This document shows positions 1 through 9,752 of a DNA stretch of 64,000 nt, piece after piece; position 1 is the first letter of the stretch; every line of letters starts with the position of its first letter. Source of the stretch: Thermoplasmata archaeon. GTDB taxonomy: Archaea; Thermoplasmatota; Thermoplasmata; Thermoplasmatales; Thermoplasmataceae. Location of the stretch: assembly GCA_021817455.1 (NCBI GenBank), contig JAKAUW010000082.1, positions 42,904-106,903 of the forward strand. Reading direction: 5' to 3'. Under the pieces are notes generated by a model. The model had not been told where the DNA came from, ran no database searches, and was given only the letters and a program-made list of their open reading frames with translations. The position numbers and the translations under genes are program-made.

Positions 1-51
1 CAGTGATGCCGCCTTTTGTGCGCGCTTACACGGCCATCCGGGCAGTGAATT

Positions 52-1152
52 CTAGATGTAACTGATGCTTTTAGGTAACATATTGAATGCCCTGCACTTG
101 CCGTTCTGGAAATATACCGTATCTTCTATCCTTACTCCGCCCCTGCCCGGCAGGTAAATTCCCGGCTCGATGGTGAAAACGGAATTTTCCTTCATGGGTT
201 GCCTGTTGTCAGGAACCAGATAGGGGTCTTCATGAACAGAAATACCGAGCCCATGGCCAAGCCTGTGGATGAAGTTGTTTCCATACCCTTTCCTGCTTAT
301 GATTTCCCGGGCTATCCTGTCAGCATCAGCATATGTTGTTTCAGAGTTGAGGGCCTCCAGAGTGTTTTCCTGGGCTTCCCTGTCTATTTCATAAATCTCT
401 TCCATCTCAGGCTTTGCCCTGTCAATGAAGAATGTTCTCGTGGTGTCGGAAGCATATCCCCTGTACCGCCCGCCAAAGTCTATTATTATTGGTTCGTACC
501 TTGCAATCTTCCTGTCAGTTGGATCGTGATGGGGAATTGATGAGTTCTCCCCTGCCGCAACTATTGTTGCAAATGCCAGGGCATCAAGTCCTTTCTTCTT
601 AAAATTCTCCTCTAGCCGCGTTGCAACCTCCTTTTCAGTCATTCCGCCGGTAACAGAATCAATGGTCAGTTTCAACGCTTCCTCGGATTTCCTTATGGCA
701 GTTGAGATATTGTCCATCTCCTCCCTGTCCTTCACCATTCTCAGGGATGCAGTGAAACCGTCACCAAGAACCTCCTTCGAGGATGAGTTGTGGAAAAGCG
801 GTGCATAGTGGAAATATGGAAGCACGCCATCTATGGCAACCATTGATGCCCTGTTGCTTTCAAGGTAATCCCTTGCAATGCGGTGCGGGTTCTGGTCATC
901 TGCCCATGGCCTAACATCCTCCACCCACGAATTCAGGCGTAGTTGTTCCTCCATCAGTTTCGGCGCCAGTATGAACTGGTCATCGGGAGTGATGAACATC
1001 AGGGTCAGCCTTTCATGGCTCTCAGTTTCGAAACCTGTGAAATAGAAGAAATTAGGTCCCGTGGGAACTAGGAAAGCATCGATTCTGCTTTCTGCCATAA
1101 GTTCCCTGAGTTTCTCGACTCTTTTTTTCTGGAAGGCGTAAGTCCCCGACAT
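52..1152 (-). CDS. Xaa-Pro aminopeptidase/dipeptidase (M24B metallopeptidase)
   Basis: 366-aa ORF with M24B metal-ligand blocks visible: HRLGHGLGISVHE, FTIEPGIY, GGVRIEDTV. An N-terminal creatinase-like region is present. Confidence 0.85.
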   Translation of the reverse strand: MSGTYAFQKKRVEKLRELMAESRIDAFLVPTGPNFFYFTGFETESHERLTLMFITPDDQFILAPKLMEEQLRLNSWVEDVRPWADDQNPHRIARDYLESNRASMVAIDGVLPYFHYAPLFHNSSSKEVLGDGFTASLRMVKDREEMDNISTAIRKSEEALKLTIDSVTGGMTEKEVATRLEENFKKKGLDALAFATIVAAGENSSIPHHDPTDRKIARYEPIIIDFGGRYRGYASDTTRTFFIDRAKPEMEEIYEIDREAQENTLEALNSETTYADADRIAREIISRKGYGNNFIHRLGHGLGISVHEDPYLVPDNRQPMKENSVFTIEPGIYLPGRGGVRIEDTVYFQNGKCRAFNMLPKSISYI

Positions 1153-1210
1153 TCACTGCACTCTCTTTTGAAGTAATCAGCCTGCGGAATTTAATGTTTC
1201 CTTGAACATG

Positions 1211-2812
1211 TTATGCACTGAATCTTTTTTCAGAATATTTGTACAGCCTCATCCACAGGAGGTACGTTATGATCACGATCAGGAAAACCATGAACAGGTC
1301 AATTGCATCCACGAATAGCAGATTTCCTTCTGCTATACCTTTAGTAATGAGCATCATGAGCCCGTTTCCCACCGAATAGGTCTTTCCACCTATCTGTGTG
1401 TATTCCCCTATCATGAGGCCTCCCCAGTAGCTCCCGAATGCAGCTACAGATCCGGTTATGAGTCCCGGAATTATAGCGGGGAAAGAAAGGTATCTGAATT
1501 TCCTGAAACCCTTTATGTTGAAGGTCTTCGTGACAAGCTTGAGGTCCCTGGGAATTGCTGTTGCTGTGCCGTATACATTGAAGAAAATGTAAGCTGCTGC
1601 AGAAAGGAATGTCACAAGGAGAACGTTGAAATTGTATGCCAGCGACTCCCCTACTAGTAATGAGAGTTTAGGTGTCAGGTACACCACAATAAGGGGAAAC
1701 AATATGGGCGCAGGAATGGAATATATCACCTGGAAAACCCCAGTCCCCAGCCTTCCGGATGAGCCCCGGCTTCCAAAATAAATTGCGAGCGGGACCATTA
1801 TAAGGAAACTTGCCATGAATACGATTGCGATCCTCAGGAGGTCAAAGGCAGTTGCAACCAGCAGTTGCCAGAGCACAGAGAGGTTAGTCAGGTAATCAAC
1901 AAATGCTGCGCCAAAACCCGCGACAGCCACTAGATATGCAGAAAGACCAAAAATGAAGACCAGAACAGTTCCCACTATGATATTGAGTGAACGTTCGGAC
2001 ATATGCAATTTTCTTGCCTTTTTCTGGGTTGCATTTTTCCCCGCAAATATGGTATTTACGGAATAGACTGCATTCATGCCTGATGACAGGACCTGCGTTA
2101 CCCTCCCCCCAATGGCAGATACGAAAACGTTCCTTTCCCTCTTCCTTGTTTCTTGCTGTTCATCAGGGACGTTCAGGTCAAAAGTGTAATTTGCAGTCCT
2201 GTTTAGAAGGGGATTTATGATAAAGTAGAAATTCAGTGCAATAGCCACCACCAGGAAACCAATCAGGATGAGTATCTGGGAGAACTGGTTTTGCGCCGCA
2301 AGTGACACCGCGAGAGATCCAACACCGAATACCGTGTAGTTTGAGGTTCCAATGGAAATAACCTCACTCAGAGTTATGTAGAAAAGTCCGCTGGCAAATG
2401 AGGGCATGATGTTGGAAATAATATGGGAAAATGATGCGGGAAGATAGAGGTTCCTGATCCTTGAGAGCATTCCCATATCATATACCTTGGAGACATGGAA
2501 ATATTCTTCTGGAATGTGGATAGTTGCCTCATACACTCCAAGTATTATATTCCAGATAAGGGCAGTGAATATTAGAAAGTCAGAGGCAACGTTCACGCCA
2601 AGGGGCCCCCCAATCCTTTTAATGAAAAATACAAGGATAATGGGGAAGAATGAAATCACAGGTACGGCCTGAAGAATGTTGGTTATAGGTATGATTATGG
2701 CTCCAGCCGCTTTTATCCTTGCAGCCAGTATCCCAAGGAAAAGTGCCGCAATAATGGACAGGATCATCAGAAGCCAGATTCTGAGGAAGGTATCCCCGAT
2801 GGCCAGCAGCAT
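1211..2812 (-). CDS. ABC transporter, duplicated (fused) permease subunit
   Basis: 533-aa ORF with about 12 hydrophobic helices arranged as two tandem ABC-permease halves. No ATPase or binding-protein gene is adjacent. Confidence 0.6.
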   Translation of the reverse strand: MLLAIGDTFLRIWLLMILSIIAALFLGILAARIKAAGAIIIPITNILQAVPVISFFPIILVFFIKRIGGPLGVNVASDFLIFTALIWNIILGVYEATIHIPEEYFHVSKVYDMGMLSRIRNLYLPASFSHIISNIMPSFASGLFYITLSEVISIGTSNYTVFGVGSLAVSLAAQNQFSQILILIGFLVVAIALNFYFIINPLLNRTANYTFDLNVPDEQQETRKRERNVFVSAIGGRVTQVLSSGMNAVYSVNTIFAGKNATQKKARKLHMSERSLNIIVGTVLVFIFGLSAYLVAVAGFGAAFVDYLTNLSVLWQLLVATAFDLLRIAIVFMASFLIMVPLAIYFGSRGSSGRLGTGVFQVIYSIPAPILFPLIVVYLTPKLSLLVGESLAYNFNVLLVTFLSAAAYIFFNVYGTATAIPRDLKLVTKTFNIKGFRKFRYLSFPAIIPGLITGSVAAFGSYWGGLMIGEYTQIGGKTYSVGNGLMMLITKGIAEGNLLFVDAIDLFMVFLIVIITYLLWMRLYKYSEKRFSA

Positions 2813-2917
2813 TGTGTAGTAAACACTGTAATCAGCCGCCAGGAATCATCACCACCATCACTCTCCATCCTGTTTCTGTCTATGTGATAAACAGGTCTAT
2901 GTTTAATGTTGCTATGT

Positions 2918-3325
2918 TCAGCGCTTTCCCCCGAAGAGGCTATAGAACAGCATTGAAACCAATCCTGCACCCAGAAGTCCTATCAAGGTCTTCGGGCTGT
3001 CCACAAGCAGATGCTTCAAAGGTTCCTTGTCGGGGTCGAACCTGTCAACATGAACTGAGTAGCGGTCATCGAATTCCACTGCATGTATGCCTCTCCTGGA
3101 TCCTGTTATAGAAGCTCTCCAGTCTGCAATTTGGCCCTTTCTCTCCCCTACAGATCGGTGGAAAAGGCCACTTTTCTCTGGTTCAGGCACCCTGATGCCA
3201 TTGCGGTCAATCTTCGGTATCTCAGCGGAACCATAGGAGAGAACGCTGGCAATCACGCTGTTCCAGAAGTCCGGCGAACTGTCATAATTTCTAGGCAACA
3301 TTGGATTATACCAGTAATTGTTCAA
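2918..3325 (-). CDS. hypothetical protein with C-terminal transmembrane anchor
   Basis: 135-aa ORF lying cleanly between flanking same-strand genes. C-terminal hydrophobic helix LIGLLGAGLVSMLFYSLF. No recognisable family. Confidence 0.35.
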   Translation of the reverse strand: MNNYWYNPMLPRNYDSSPDFWNSVIASVLSYGSAEIPKIDRNGIRVPEPEKSGLFHRSVGERKGQIADWRASITGSRRGIHAVEFDDRYSVHVDRFDPDKEPLKHLLVDSPKTLIGLLGAGLVSMLFYSLFGGKR

Positions 3326-3373
3326 TAGTCATAAGGTTGATCAAAGACATAAAAATAAAAAAATGGGTTGGAA

Positions 3374-4231
3374 TCAGATTTTTTCCAGAATGGCCTCTGG
3401 TATCACCATGGAAACAACAAAATTTGGCTCATCGACGATTTCACTGATTCTAAGGTTTCCAGCTGCACTGCAAAGTGCATATGCCTCGTTGCTCTTGAAT
3501 CCTCTTTCCCCTAGAATGCCAATCATTTCCAGTACTGCATCAGCAGCTGCTTTGTGGAGGTCTGGAGATATGCCCATTGCGACAACCTGTTGCCCGCTGA
3601 ATTCATCGTCAGAGATCAACCTAGGAGCCTTCACAGTGACTTTCTTGTTAAGCCTGACAACTGCCACAACTTCTGCGGAGGTTTCAACAGCGGTGCCACA
3701 TACTTCCCCATCTCCCTGAGCACCATGGGGATCAGCAAAGGAGAGCATGCCACCCCTGACATTTACCGGCAGAGTCAACCTTGCCCCCTGGTGCAGGAGC
3801 CTGTTATCCATGTTACCTCCAAAGAACTGCGGTGGGATCATCCCATATTCCCCAGAGGGGGGTGCGGTTCCCACAACGCCCAGGAAAGGCCTCAATGGTA
3901 TTTTTACTCCCTTAAGAGTATTTGTGCGGGATGTTGCAAATCCATCCTTCAGGTCCCAGATTATCAGTTCCTCCTGGAATTTGCCCTTGAGAAGCCCGAA
4001 ATCACTGAGTATTGCCGTCCATCCCCACTTTCCGGTATTTATCTCCTTGAGCTCAACTTCTATTGAATCGCCCGGCTCTGCGCCTTCTATTTCTATGGGC
4101 CCAACTGCGCCGTCGAATTTGCCGCTGTCTATTTTGGACATATCTTTTGTGGTGTAAGTCTCCTCAATCTGCATGGTGGAAGAGTCCGGGATTTTCACCC
4201 TGAACTCCTCACCAGGCTTTACCCTGGCCAC
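3374..4231 (-). CDS. acetamidase/formamidase family amidohydrolase
   Basis: 285-aa ORF from a GTG start. It has the N-terminal VKPGEEF block and the overall pattern of the FmdA/AmdA family. Family-like sequence (IHFSWQPTNKP) continues upstream to 4297, so the true start may be earlier (see findings). Confidence 0.7.
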   Translation of the reverse strand: MARVKPGEEFRVKIPDSSTMQIEETYTTKDMSKIDSGKFDGAVGPIEIEGAEPGDSIEVELKEINTGKWGWTAILSDFGLLKGKFQEELIIWDLKDGFATSRTNTLKGVKIPLRPFLGVVGTAPPSGEYGMIPPQFFGGNMDNRLLHQGARLTLPVNVRGGMLSFADPHGAQGDGEVCGTAVETSAEVVAVVRLNKKVTVKAPRLISDDEFSGQQVVAMGISPDLHKAAADAVLEMIGILGERGFKSNEAYALCSAAGNLRISEIVDEPNFVVSMVIPEAILEKI

Positions 4232-4293
4232 CGGTTTGTTCGTTGGTTGCCAACTGAAGTGGATATTTTCACTGTCTGTTCCGTCAACGGTCT

Positions 4294-5694
4294 TCAGATC
4301 TCTTCACCTTCTTCCAGTGAAACCTTAATGCCCTTCTTGAATAGGTAAATTACAGCACCAGCTACTAGCCAGACTACCATAAATCCTACTCCAATGAGGA
4401 CAAGCGTGTTCACTGAGAGGAAAGAACCGTAGAGAGCGAATAAATATATTACGGTGGCAACCAGAGGAACCAGGACATATGACATCTTGAGCTCTTTCAG
4501 CTTCCTGAAGTAGAGTGGCAGGGATGTGTTGATGAGTATGTGGTCAATGATGGTCCCTGTACCAGTCCACAATCCCGTGATTATGAAACCGTTGAATGCA
4601 CCAAAGTACCAGCCTGTGAAAGTGAATATTACAAGGCCGATTATGGTGTTTGTTATAAGAGATATGTGGGGGCTCTTGTGCTTTGGATGCGTCTCAGAGA
4701 GCTTGTCTATGAGCATTCCGTCCTTTGCCATCGTGTACATATCCCTGGAGCCGGCGTTTATAATGGCAAGCGTGTCCACAAAACCGCTGTTAACAATGAA
4801 CAGGAACATAACGGCTGCAATGACCATGCCTCCATCTCTAAGTGCAAGAATCAGGCCAGGAAGGAAGTTGCCTGAGTAGCTTGACATGTTTGCCGGGCCC
4901 CATCCTATAGTCATGGCATAGCTCATAAAGAGGAAGAATAGCCCAAGGACCAGTATGGTTACGATAACTCCTCTTCTTATGTTCACATGTGCAGATCTGG
5001 CCTCAGATCCCAGGAAAGTCATTGAACCCCAGCCTGCAAGAGATGTGAACGAGAACACGAGTCCCAGTGCAACGCCCTGCCAGCCAGTTGGTGAATACTT
5101 TGGCGTGAACACTGCGAAATCAAAAGGATTGTTTGACTTTGCTAGTATTAGGAATGCAACAACAAGGAGAAGCACCATTTCAATGGCTCCAGTGTAAACA
5201 CTGTACCTCAGTGAGTTCTTTATGCCTGAGTAAGCGAGTCCCAGCGCTGCTAGGGCGACTACAATCCCAATGGGGTACCATGACCATGAAGGGACGTTTA
5301 TGCCTAAAATTCCAAGTCCGTACTGGGCCGCGAGTGCTGTCTCAAAGTATATGAATGGAGTTGCCCCTATTACTGTATAAAGCATGTAAACCCAACCTCC
5401 AAATCCTCCCATTCTCGGACCAAAGCCCCTCTCGATATACCTGTAGTATCCTCCGCTAGAGGCGACCTTTTTCGAAAAAGCATATACCACGAAACCAGCA
5501 CTGAGAACACCAAGCAATGCAAGCACGTATGTCAGTGGGAGAGCCCCATAGGCAAACGCAGCGGCACCAGTCATGGTGGCTGTCACAGCTATTGCAGGAG
5601 CAGTGAATGAAATGGACTGGAAGATAAGTTCCAGGTAACCCACTGCACCTTTGTGCAACTGTCTGTTGGTTGATACCATGACACGAAAGAACAT
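4294..5694 (-). CDS. amino acid permease (APC superfamily)
   Basis: 466-aa ORF with about 12 TM helices and Gly-rich helices typical of APC transporters. Its stop overlaps a possible start of the downstream amidase. Confidence 0.7.
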   Translation of the reverse strand: MFFRVMVSTNRQLHKGAVGYLELIFQSISFTAPAIAVTATMTGAAAFAYGALPLTYVLALLGVLSAGFVVYAFSKKVASSGGYYRYIERGFGPRMGGFGGWVYMLYTVIGATPFIYFETALAAQYGLGILGINVPSWSWYPIGIVVALAALGLAYSGIKNSLRYSVYTGAIEMVLLLVVAFLILAKSNNPFDFAVFTPKYSPTGWQGVALGLVFSFTSLAGWGSMTFLGSEARSAHVNIRRGVIVTILVLGLFFLFMSYAMTIGWGPANMSSYSGNFLPGLILALRDGGMVIAAVMFLFIVNSGFVDTLAIINAGSRDMYTMAKDGMLIDKLSETHPKHKSPHISLITNTIIGLVIFTFTGWYFGAFNGFIITGLWTGTGTIIDHILINTSLPLYFRKLKELKMSYVLVPLVATVIYLFALYGSFLSVNTLVLIGVGFMVVWLVAGAVIYLFKKGIKVSLEEGEEI

Positions 5695-5823
5695 ATCACG
5701 TATATATTAGTTATCAGTCTCCTGATCCATGGCCGCAAGCTTTACCGATTTGGGAGGGATTATTGGTCCATTTGTTTCTTGATGGTCGTCGGTAATTTTG
5801 GTTTTTAGCCCATAAAATATCAT

Positions 5824-7086
5824 ATGGGGAGTAAACAAACCATATTTTTAGGTACGCATAACAGATTCCCATGTGTAGCGCTGATGGCAGATGACATTGA
5901 CGGGGCAAAGGTGGAGGAGAGGTTCAAGTTCCTTCTGATATCCAGGGCTCTTAGGAGCGCTGCCCTCATATTTGTCGCGCTCTCGACGCCTCTTTATCTC
6001 CTCAAACTGAACTTTGACATAATATCAATAGGCATAATCTACCTGTTCGTATCTATCACTACCGTTCTCATTTCACTGGGAATAGGAATGCTTGGCGACA
6101 GGATTGGCTTCAGGAAAGCCTTGATGATGGGCGAGATTCCTGCAATATTCATCACGGCAGCCCTTACTTTCAGCACCAGCATCTATGTGATCCTTGCAGG
6201 GATCATCATTTCAGGCACAACCGGTTCTGCAGGAGCAATGCGTGGAGCCATGTCACCGGGTATGAATGCATATATAGCGACAAACTGGCCTGAAAGTTCA
6301 AGCAGGGTCAGGAAAATGGCATTAATCACATCAGTTGCATCCGTCTTTTCAATCATAGGGAGCCTCATTCTCTATTCTTACGATTTTCTCACACCGTTTT
6401 ATGGTTCAGTGGATTCATTCAGGATCTTATACGGGATCAGCCTAGCGCTGGTCCTGGCATCTCTTGTTTCCCTCTTCTTTATCCGGGAAAAGCCGGTCAG
6501 CAAGAAAGAGGAGAGAGTAATGAAGAAGGCCAGCGGCAAGTATGTCCTCAAAGTCTCAATTGCAAACGGAATCAATGGATCCGGCATAGGATTGGCCATA
6601 GTACTTCTTCCAGCCTGGTATGCACTGAGGTTTGGTCTTACTGAATCCCAGGTTGCACTCACTTTCCTGGGATCCTATGCAGCCACTGCCATAGGGGGGT
6701 TTCTAGCTTCTAGGATCAGTATCTCCGCAGACGGGAAATCGACCCTGAAAGTTGCATGGATTACCCGGGTTATTCAGGGAGGATTGCTGGTGCTCATGGC
6801 AATTTCCCCGTTTGTAATAATCGCGATCCTCCTTTATTCCGGCAGATCCCTTCTTGCAGGATTCGGGCTGCCCAGCAGGAACGCGGTCAATGTGAGTGGG
6901 CTCCAGGAAGGGGACTTTGGTGCTGGCACCAGCCTTCAGGGGGTTTCTGTAAGAATTTCTCAGGGATTCTCGGGGCTATCTGGATACCTCATGGACATCG
7001 ACCTTCCCTTCCCCGTGATTCTGGGCGGAATACTCCAGGCTGTGAGCGGTGTAGTATACTACAAGCTCATGAAAAATGATAAATGA
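5824..7086 (+). CDS. MFS transporter
   Basis: 420-aa ORF with 12 predicted TM helices and an MFS loop motif (GMLGDRIGFRK) between TM2 and TM3. The start could instead be the ATG at 5884. Confidence 0.7.
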   Translation: MGSKQTIFLGTHNRFPCVALMADDIDGAKVEERFKFLLISRALRSAALIFVALSTPLYLLKLNFDIISIGIIYLFVSITTVLISLGIGMLGDRIGFRKALMMGEIPAIFITAALTFSTSIYVILAGIIISGTTGSAGAMRGAMSPGMNAYIATNWPESSSRVRKMALITSVASVFSIIGSLILYSYDFLTPFYGSVDSFRILYGISLALVLASLVSLFFIREKPVSKKEERVMKKASGKYVLKVSIANGINGSGIGLAIVLLPAWYALRFGLTESQVALTFLGSYAATAIGGFLASRISISADGKSTLKVAWITRVIQGGLLVLMAISPFVIIAILLYSGRSLLAGFGLPSRNAVNVSGLQEGDFGAGTSLQGVSVRISQGFSGLSGYLMDIDLPFPVILGGILQAVSGVVYYKLMKNDK

Positions 7087-7105
7087 TTTATTGGCGGCCA
7101 GCGGA

Positions 7106-8233
7106 TCAGAGATCCACTTCAAAGATTTTACTGTCAATTGCGGTTGTTTTTGGAAGATCCCCCGGCTTTACTTCATCACCAAGGCCACTTATCTGGGAAA
7201 ATGCGTTCAGGAATGCTGCAACCTTGATATTGTCCACTATTCCCATGTTTCCAATCCTCACAAACCTGCTGCTGTCCTTTCCAATGCCCTTTGATATTAC
7301 GATGTCTTTCTCTGCTAGTTTCTTAAGCAGGTCATCAACTGGCATATAGGGTTCCACTGCCACAACTGTGTCAGAGTAGTTGCCCTCTTCCCCGACCACA
7401 GAGAAACCATTCTTTTTCATGAAGTTTCTCATGAATGAAGCGGCATCTGCATGCCTTTTCCAGCGTTTTTCCAAACCTTCTTTCTCAAGTATTTTCAATG
7501 CAACATGGAGCGCCTTGAAGCTCCCTGTGGAAGGAGTAAATGGAGTCTCGCTCTTCCTCAGGTATTCCAGTGAGGTTCTCAGGTCAATGTAGATGGGAAG
7601 GTCGTGCACCCTTACCATTCGGCTTTCACCCTCCTCCCCGATGCAAACTATCCCAATGCCTGGAACAGATGCAAGTCCCTTCTGGCTGCAGCTGGCAAAG
7701 GCATGGATTCCCCATTTGTCAGTATAAATTTCACTTGCCCCGAATCCAGAGACAGAATCGACCAGTACCTTGACGCCAAGGCCATTTGCTTCCTGCGCAA
7801 CTTCCCTGAGGTTCCTTATGGCTGTTCCATTTCCCGTCTCGTTGTGGATTAAAAAAACTGTCTTGGTGCCGGGGTAACGCCTCACAAAATCCTCTATTTC
7901 CCCATTTCCTATGGTGCCATTTTCGCCTTTCTTCATTACGTGGATTATGGCGCCTCTTCTCTGGAGGCTGTCTATTGCCCTGTTGCCAAATTCGCCAAAG
8001 GTCACAGCGGCAACCCTCTCACCAGGTGAGATGAAGGAGTAAATCATGGATTCCACTGCAGAAGTCCCTGATCCGGTGGTCATTATGGTGTGTTTAGAGC
8101 CTGATATCCTGTTCAGGATTTCCTCAGATCCTTTCACGATTTTCCTGAATTCTGCTGACCTGTGGTTCTGTACGTATGCTGATGCCCTGAGCACAGGGTC
8201 AGGAACCTCCACGGGTCCTGGTATGAGCATCAT
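7106..8233 (-). CDS. class V aminotransferase (serine-pyruvate / phosphoserine aminotransferase type)
   Basis: 375-aa ORF with a PLP-lysine block SCSQKGLASVPG and a TTGSGTSAVE block. Overlaps the upstream dehydrogenase gene by 4 nt (ATGA). Confidence 0.8.
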   Translation of the reverse strand: MMLIPGPVEVPDPVLRASAYVQNHRSAEFRKIVKGSEEILNRISGSKHTIMTTGSGTSAVESMIYSFISPGERVAAVTFGEFGNRAIDSLQRRGAIIHVMKKGENGTIGNGEIEDFVRRYPGTKTVFLIHNETGNGTAIRNLREVAQEANGLGVKVLVDSVSGFGASEIYTDKWGIHAFASCSQKGLASVPGIGIVCIGEEGESRMVRVHDLPIYIDLRTSLEYLRKSETPFTPSTGSFKALHVALKILEKEGLEKRWKRHADAASFMRNFMKKNGFSVVGEEGNYSDTVVAVEPYMPVDDLLKKLAEKDIVISKGIGKDSSRFVRIGNMGIVDNIKVAAFLNAFSQISGLGDEVKPGDLPKTTAIDSKIFEVDL

Positions 8234-9180
8234 CTGTTGATGTCCTCCATTGCTTTCTGCATGTTTTCAAGCGTCATTCTTGCAACCCTTCCCTGAGCTT
8301 CAATTGTCTGCGCACCTATGTGTGGTGTTATGATAACGTTGTCCATTGAGATAAGCTCTTTCTCTAGTGGTGAATCGGGGGGTTCCGACCAGAGCACATC
8401 AGCCCCGTATCCTTTCAATCTCCCATGTTTCAGTGCTTTTACCAGGGCTTCCAGGTTTACGACCTCAGCCCTGCTGGTATTGATGAGAATGGCCCCATTC
8501 TTCATCTTCCCGAACTCTTCTACCCCAAGGATTTCTTTTGAACCCCCCATAAGTGTCACCGAAATGAAGATAAAATCAGAATTTCCAAGCAGATTATCAA
8601 GGGAGACATACTTTCCCGAAACCTTTCCAATAAGTTCCTTGGACTCATAGAGGTCGTAAGCAAGAATCCCAAGGCCAAGTGCCCTGAGGTAATTTGCAGT
8701 CTGGAAGCCAATCCTTCCAAATCCTATCATGCCTGCTGTCTTGCCCGCAATCTCCGTGCCAGCCTGCTTCACAAATTTTCCACTCCTGAGCTGGCGGTTC
8801 AGGAAGCTTATTCTCCTTGCAATATCGATAAGCAAAGCCAGATTAAGCTCTGCGACAGAATCTGTTGAGGACCCTGCTGCTGTTACCACTTTTATGCCCA
8901 ATCTTTCTGCTGCGTCCATGTCTATGTTGTCGGTACCGATTCCAGCTCTCGCTATGAGCTGGAGGTTCTGGCCGGATTGGAGGACTTCAGAAGTAAGTTT
9001 GGTTCTGCTCCTTACCACCACGGCATTATAGTCATGCAGGATTTCCATCAACTGCTCCTGACTCAGTTCGGGCCTGTAATCGACCATATGCCCCTTTTCC
9101 TCAAGCCCTGCGATAAGCGACCGTTCCACTGGGTCGCTAATGAGAATCCTCTTGGTTTTAACATCCGCGGCGGCGTTCAC
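8230..9180 (-). CDS. D-3-phosphoglycerate dehydrogenase-like 2-hydroxyacid dehydrogenase (no ACT domain)
   Basis: 316-aa ORF with NAD site GMIGFGRIGFQTA and catalytic-His block ITPHIGAQT. Translationally coupled to the aminotransferase. Confidence 0.75.
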   Translation of the reverse strand: MNAAADVKTKRILISDPVERSLIAGLEEKGHMVDYRPELSQEQLMEILHDYNAVVVRSRTKLTSEVLQSGQNLQLIARAGIGTDNIDMDAAERLGIKVVTAAGSSTDSVAELNLALLIDIARRISFLNRQLRSGKFVKQAGTEIAGKTAGMIGFGRIGFQTANYLRALGLGILAYDLYESKELIGKVSGKYVSLDNLLGNSDFIFISVTLMGGSKEILGVEEFGKMKNGAILINTSRAEVVNLEALVKALKHGRLKGYGADVLWSEPPDSPLEKELISMDNVIITPHIGAQTIEAQGRVARMTLENMQKAMEDINR

Positions 9181-9238
9181 GGGCTGTCAGCTAAGAAAGC
9201 CTTATAACATTTACTTCTCAAGCCATGCAACTGTTCAG

Positions 9239-9670
9239 TCATCCAAGCACGATGATTGTCCTTGTGCCGGTGATCCCGTCCATTGAGTCGATGTCCTGCA
9301 GCAGGATATCCTTCAGGTGGGATGAATCCCTGGCAGTTATCCTTATCAGGAGATCTGCCTCGCCAGTAATCACATAACCCTGGTCAACATACTCTGTTCT
9401 CAGGAGGTCCTCCAGTAGAGTATCCTGTGTCTTGCCAGTCTCCCTGAGCTTCCCGACATCAGCCTTGATGAGGACGAAAGCAGTGATGTTGAGGCCAGCC
9501 TTTTTCCAATCTATGTCCGCCCTGTAGCCTCTTATCACCTTGTCCAGCTCCATTCTCTTCATTCTTGAATGCACAGTGGAGAGAGGCATGTCAAGTTTCC
9601 TGGCAAGCAGGGAATATTTTGTTGTTCCACGGTCGGCAAGTTCAAGAAGCTTGAGGTCGGTTTCATCCAT
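9239..9670 (-). CDS. Lrp/AsnC family transcriptional regulator
   Basis: 143-aa ORF with an N-terminal HTH (LDETDLKLLELADRGTTKYSLLARKLDMPLSTVHSRMKRM) and a C-terminal RAM/AsnC effector domain. Confidence 0.85.
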   Translation of the reverse strand: MDETDLKLLELADRGTTKYSLLARKLDMPLSTVHSRMKRMELDKVIRGYRADIDWKKAGLNITAFVLIKADVGKLRETGKTQDTLLEDLLRTEYVDQGYVITGEADLLIRITARDSSHLKDILLQDIDSMDGITGTRTIIVLG

Positions 9671-9752
9671 GTTGTAAAAAATACAATGTAGTATTTAAAG
9701 ATACGGCAAATTCTTAAAAAAAATACGATATTTTTCGCAGAAAAATTAATCT

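Noticed and set aside
2767-3111. Small ORFs overlapping the 5' end of the ABC permease gene and the adjacent spacer (2767-2970 minus, 2812-3111 plus), plus similar ones at 5714-5908 and 7076-7349.
   Set aside because: They overlap better-supported genes or each other, have Cys/Arg/Ser-rich compositions and no start context or motifs. They are treated as noise.
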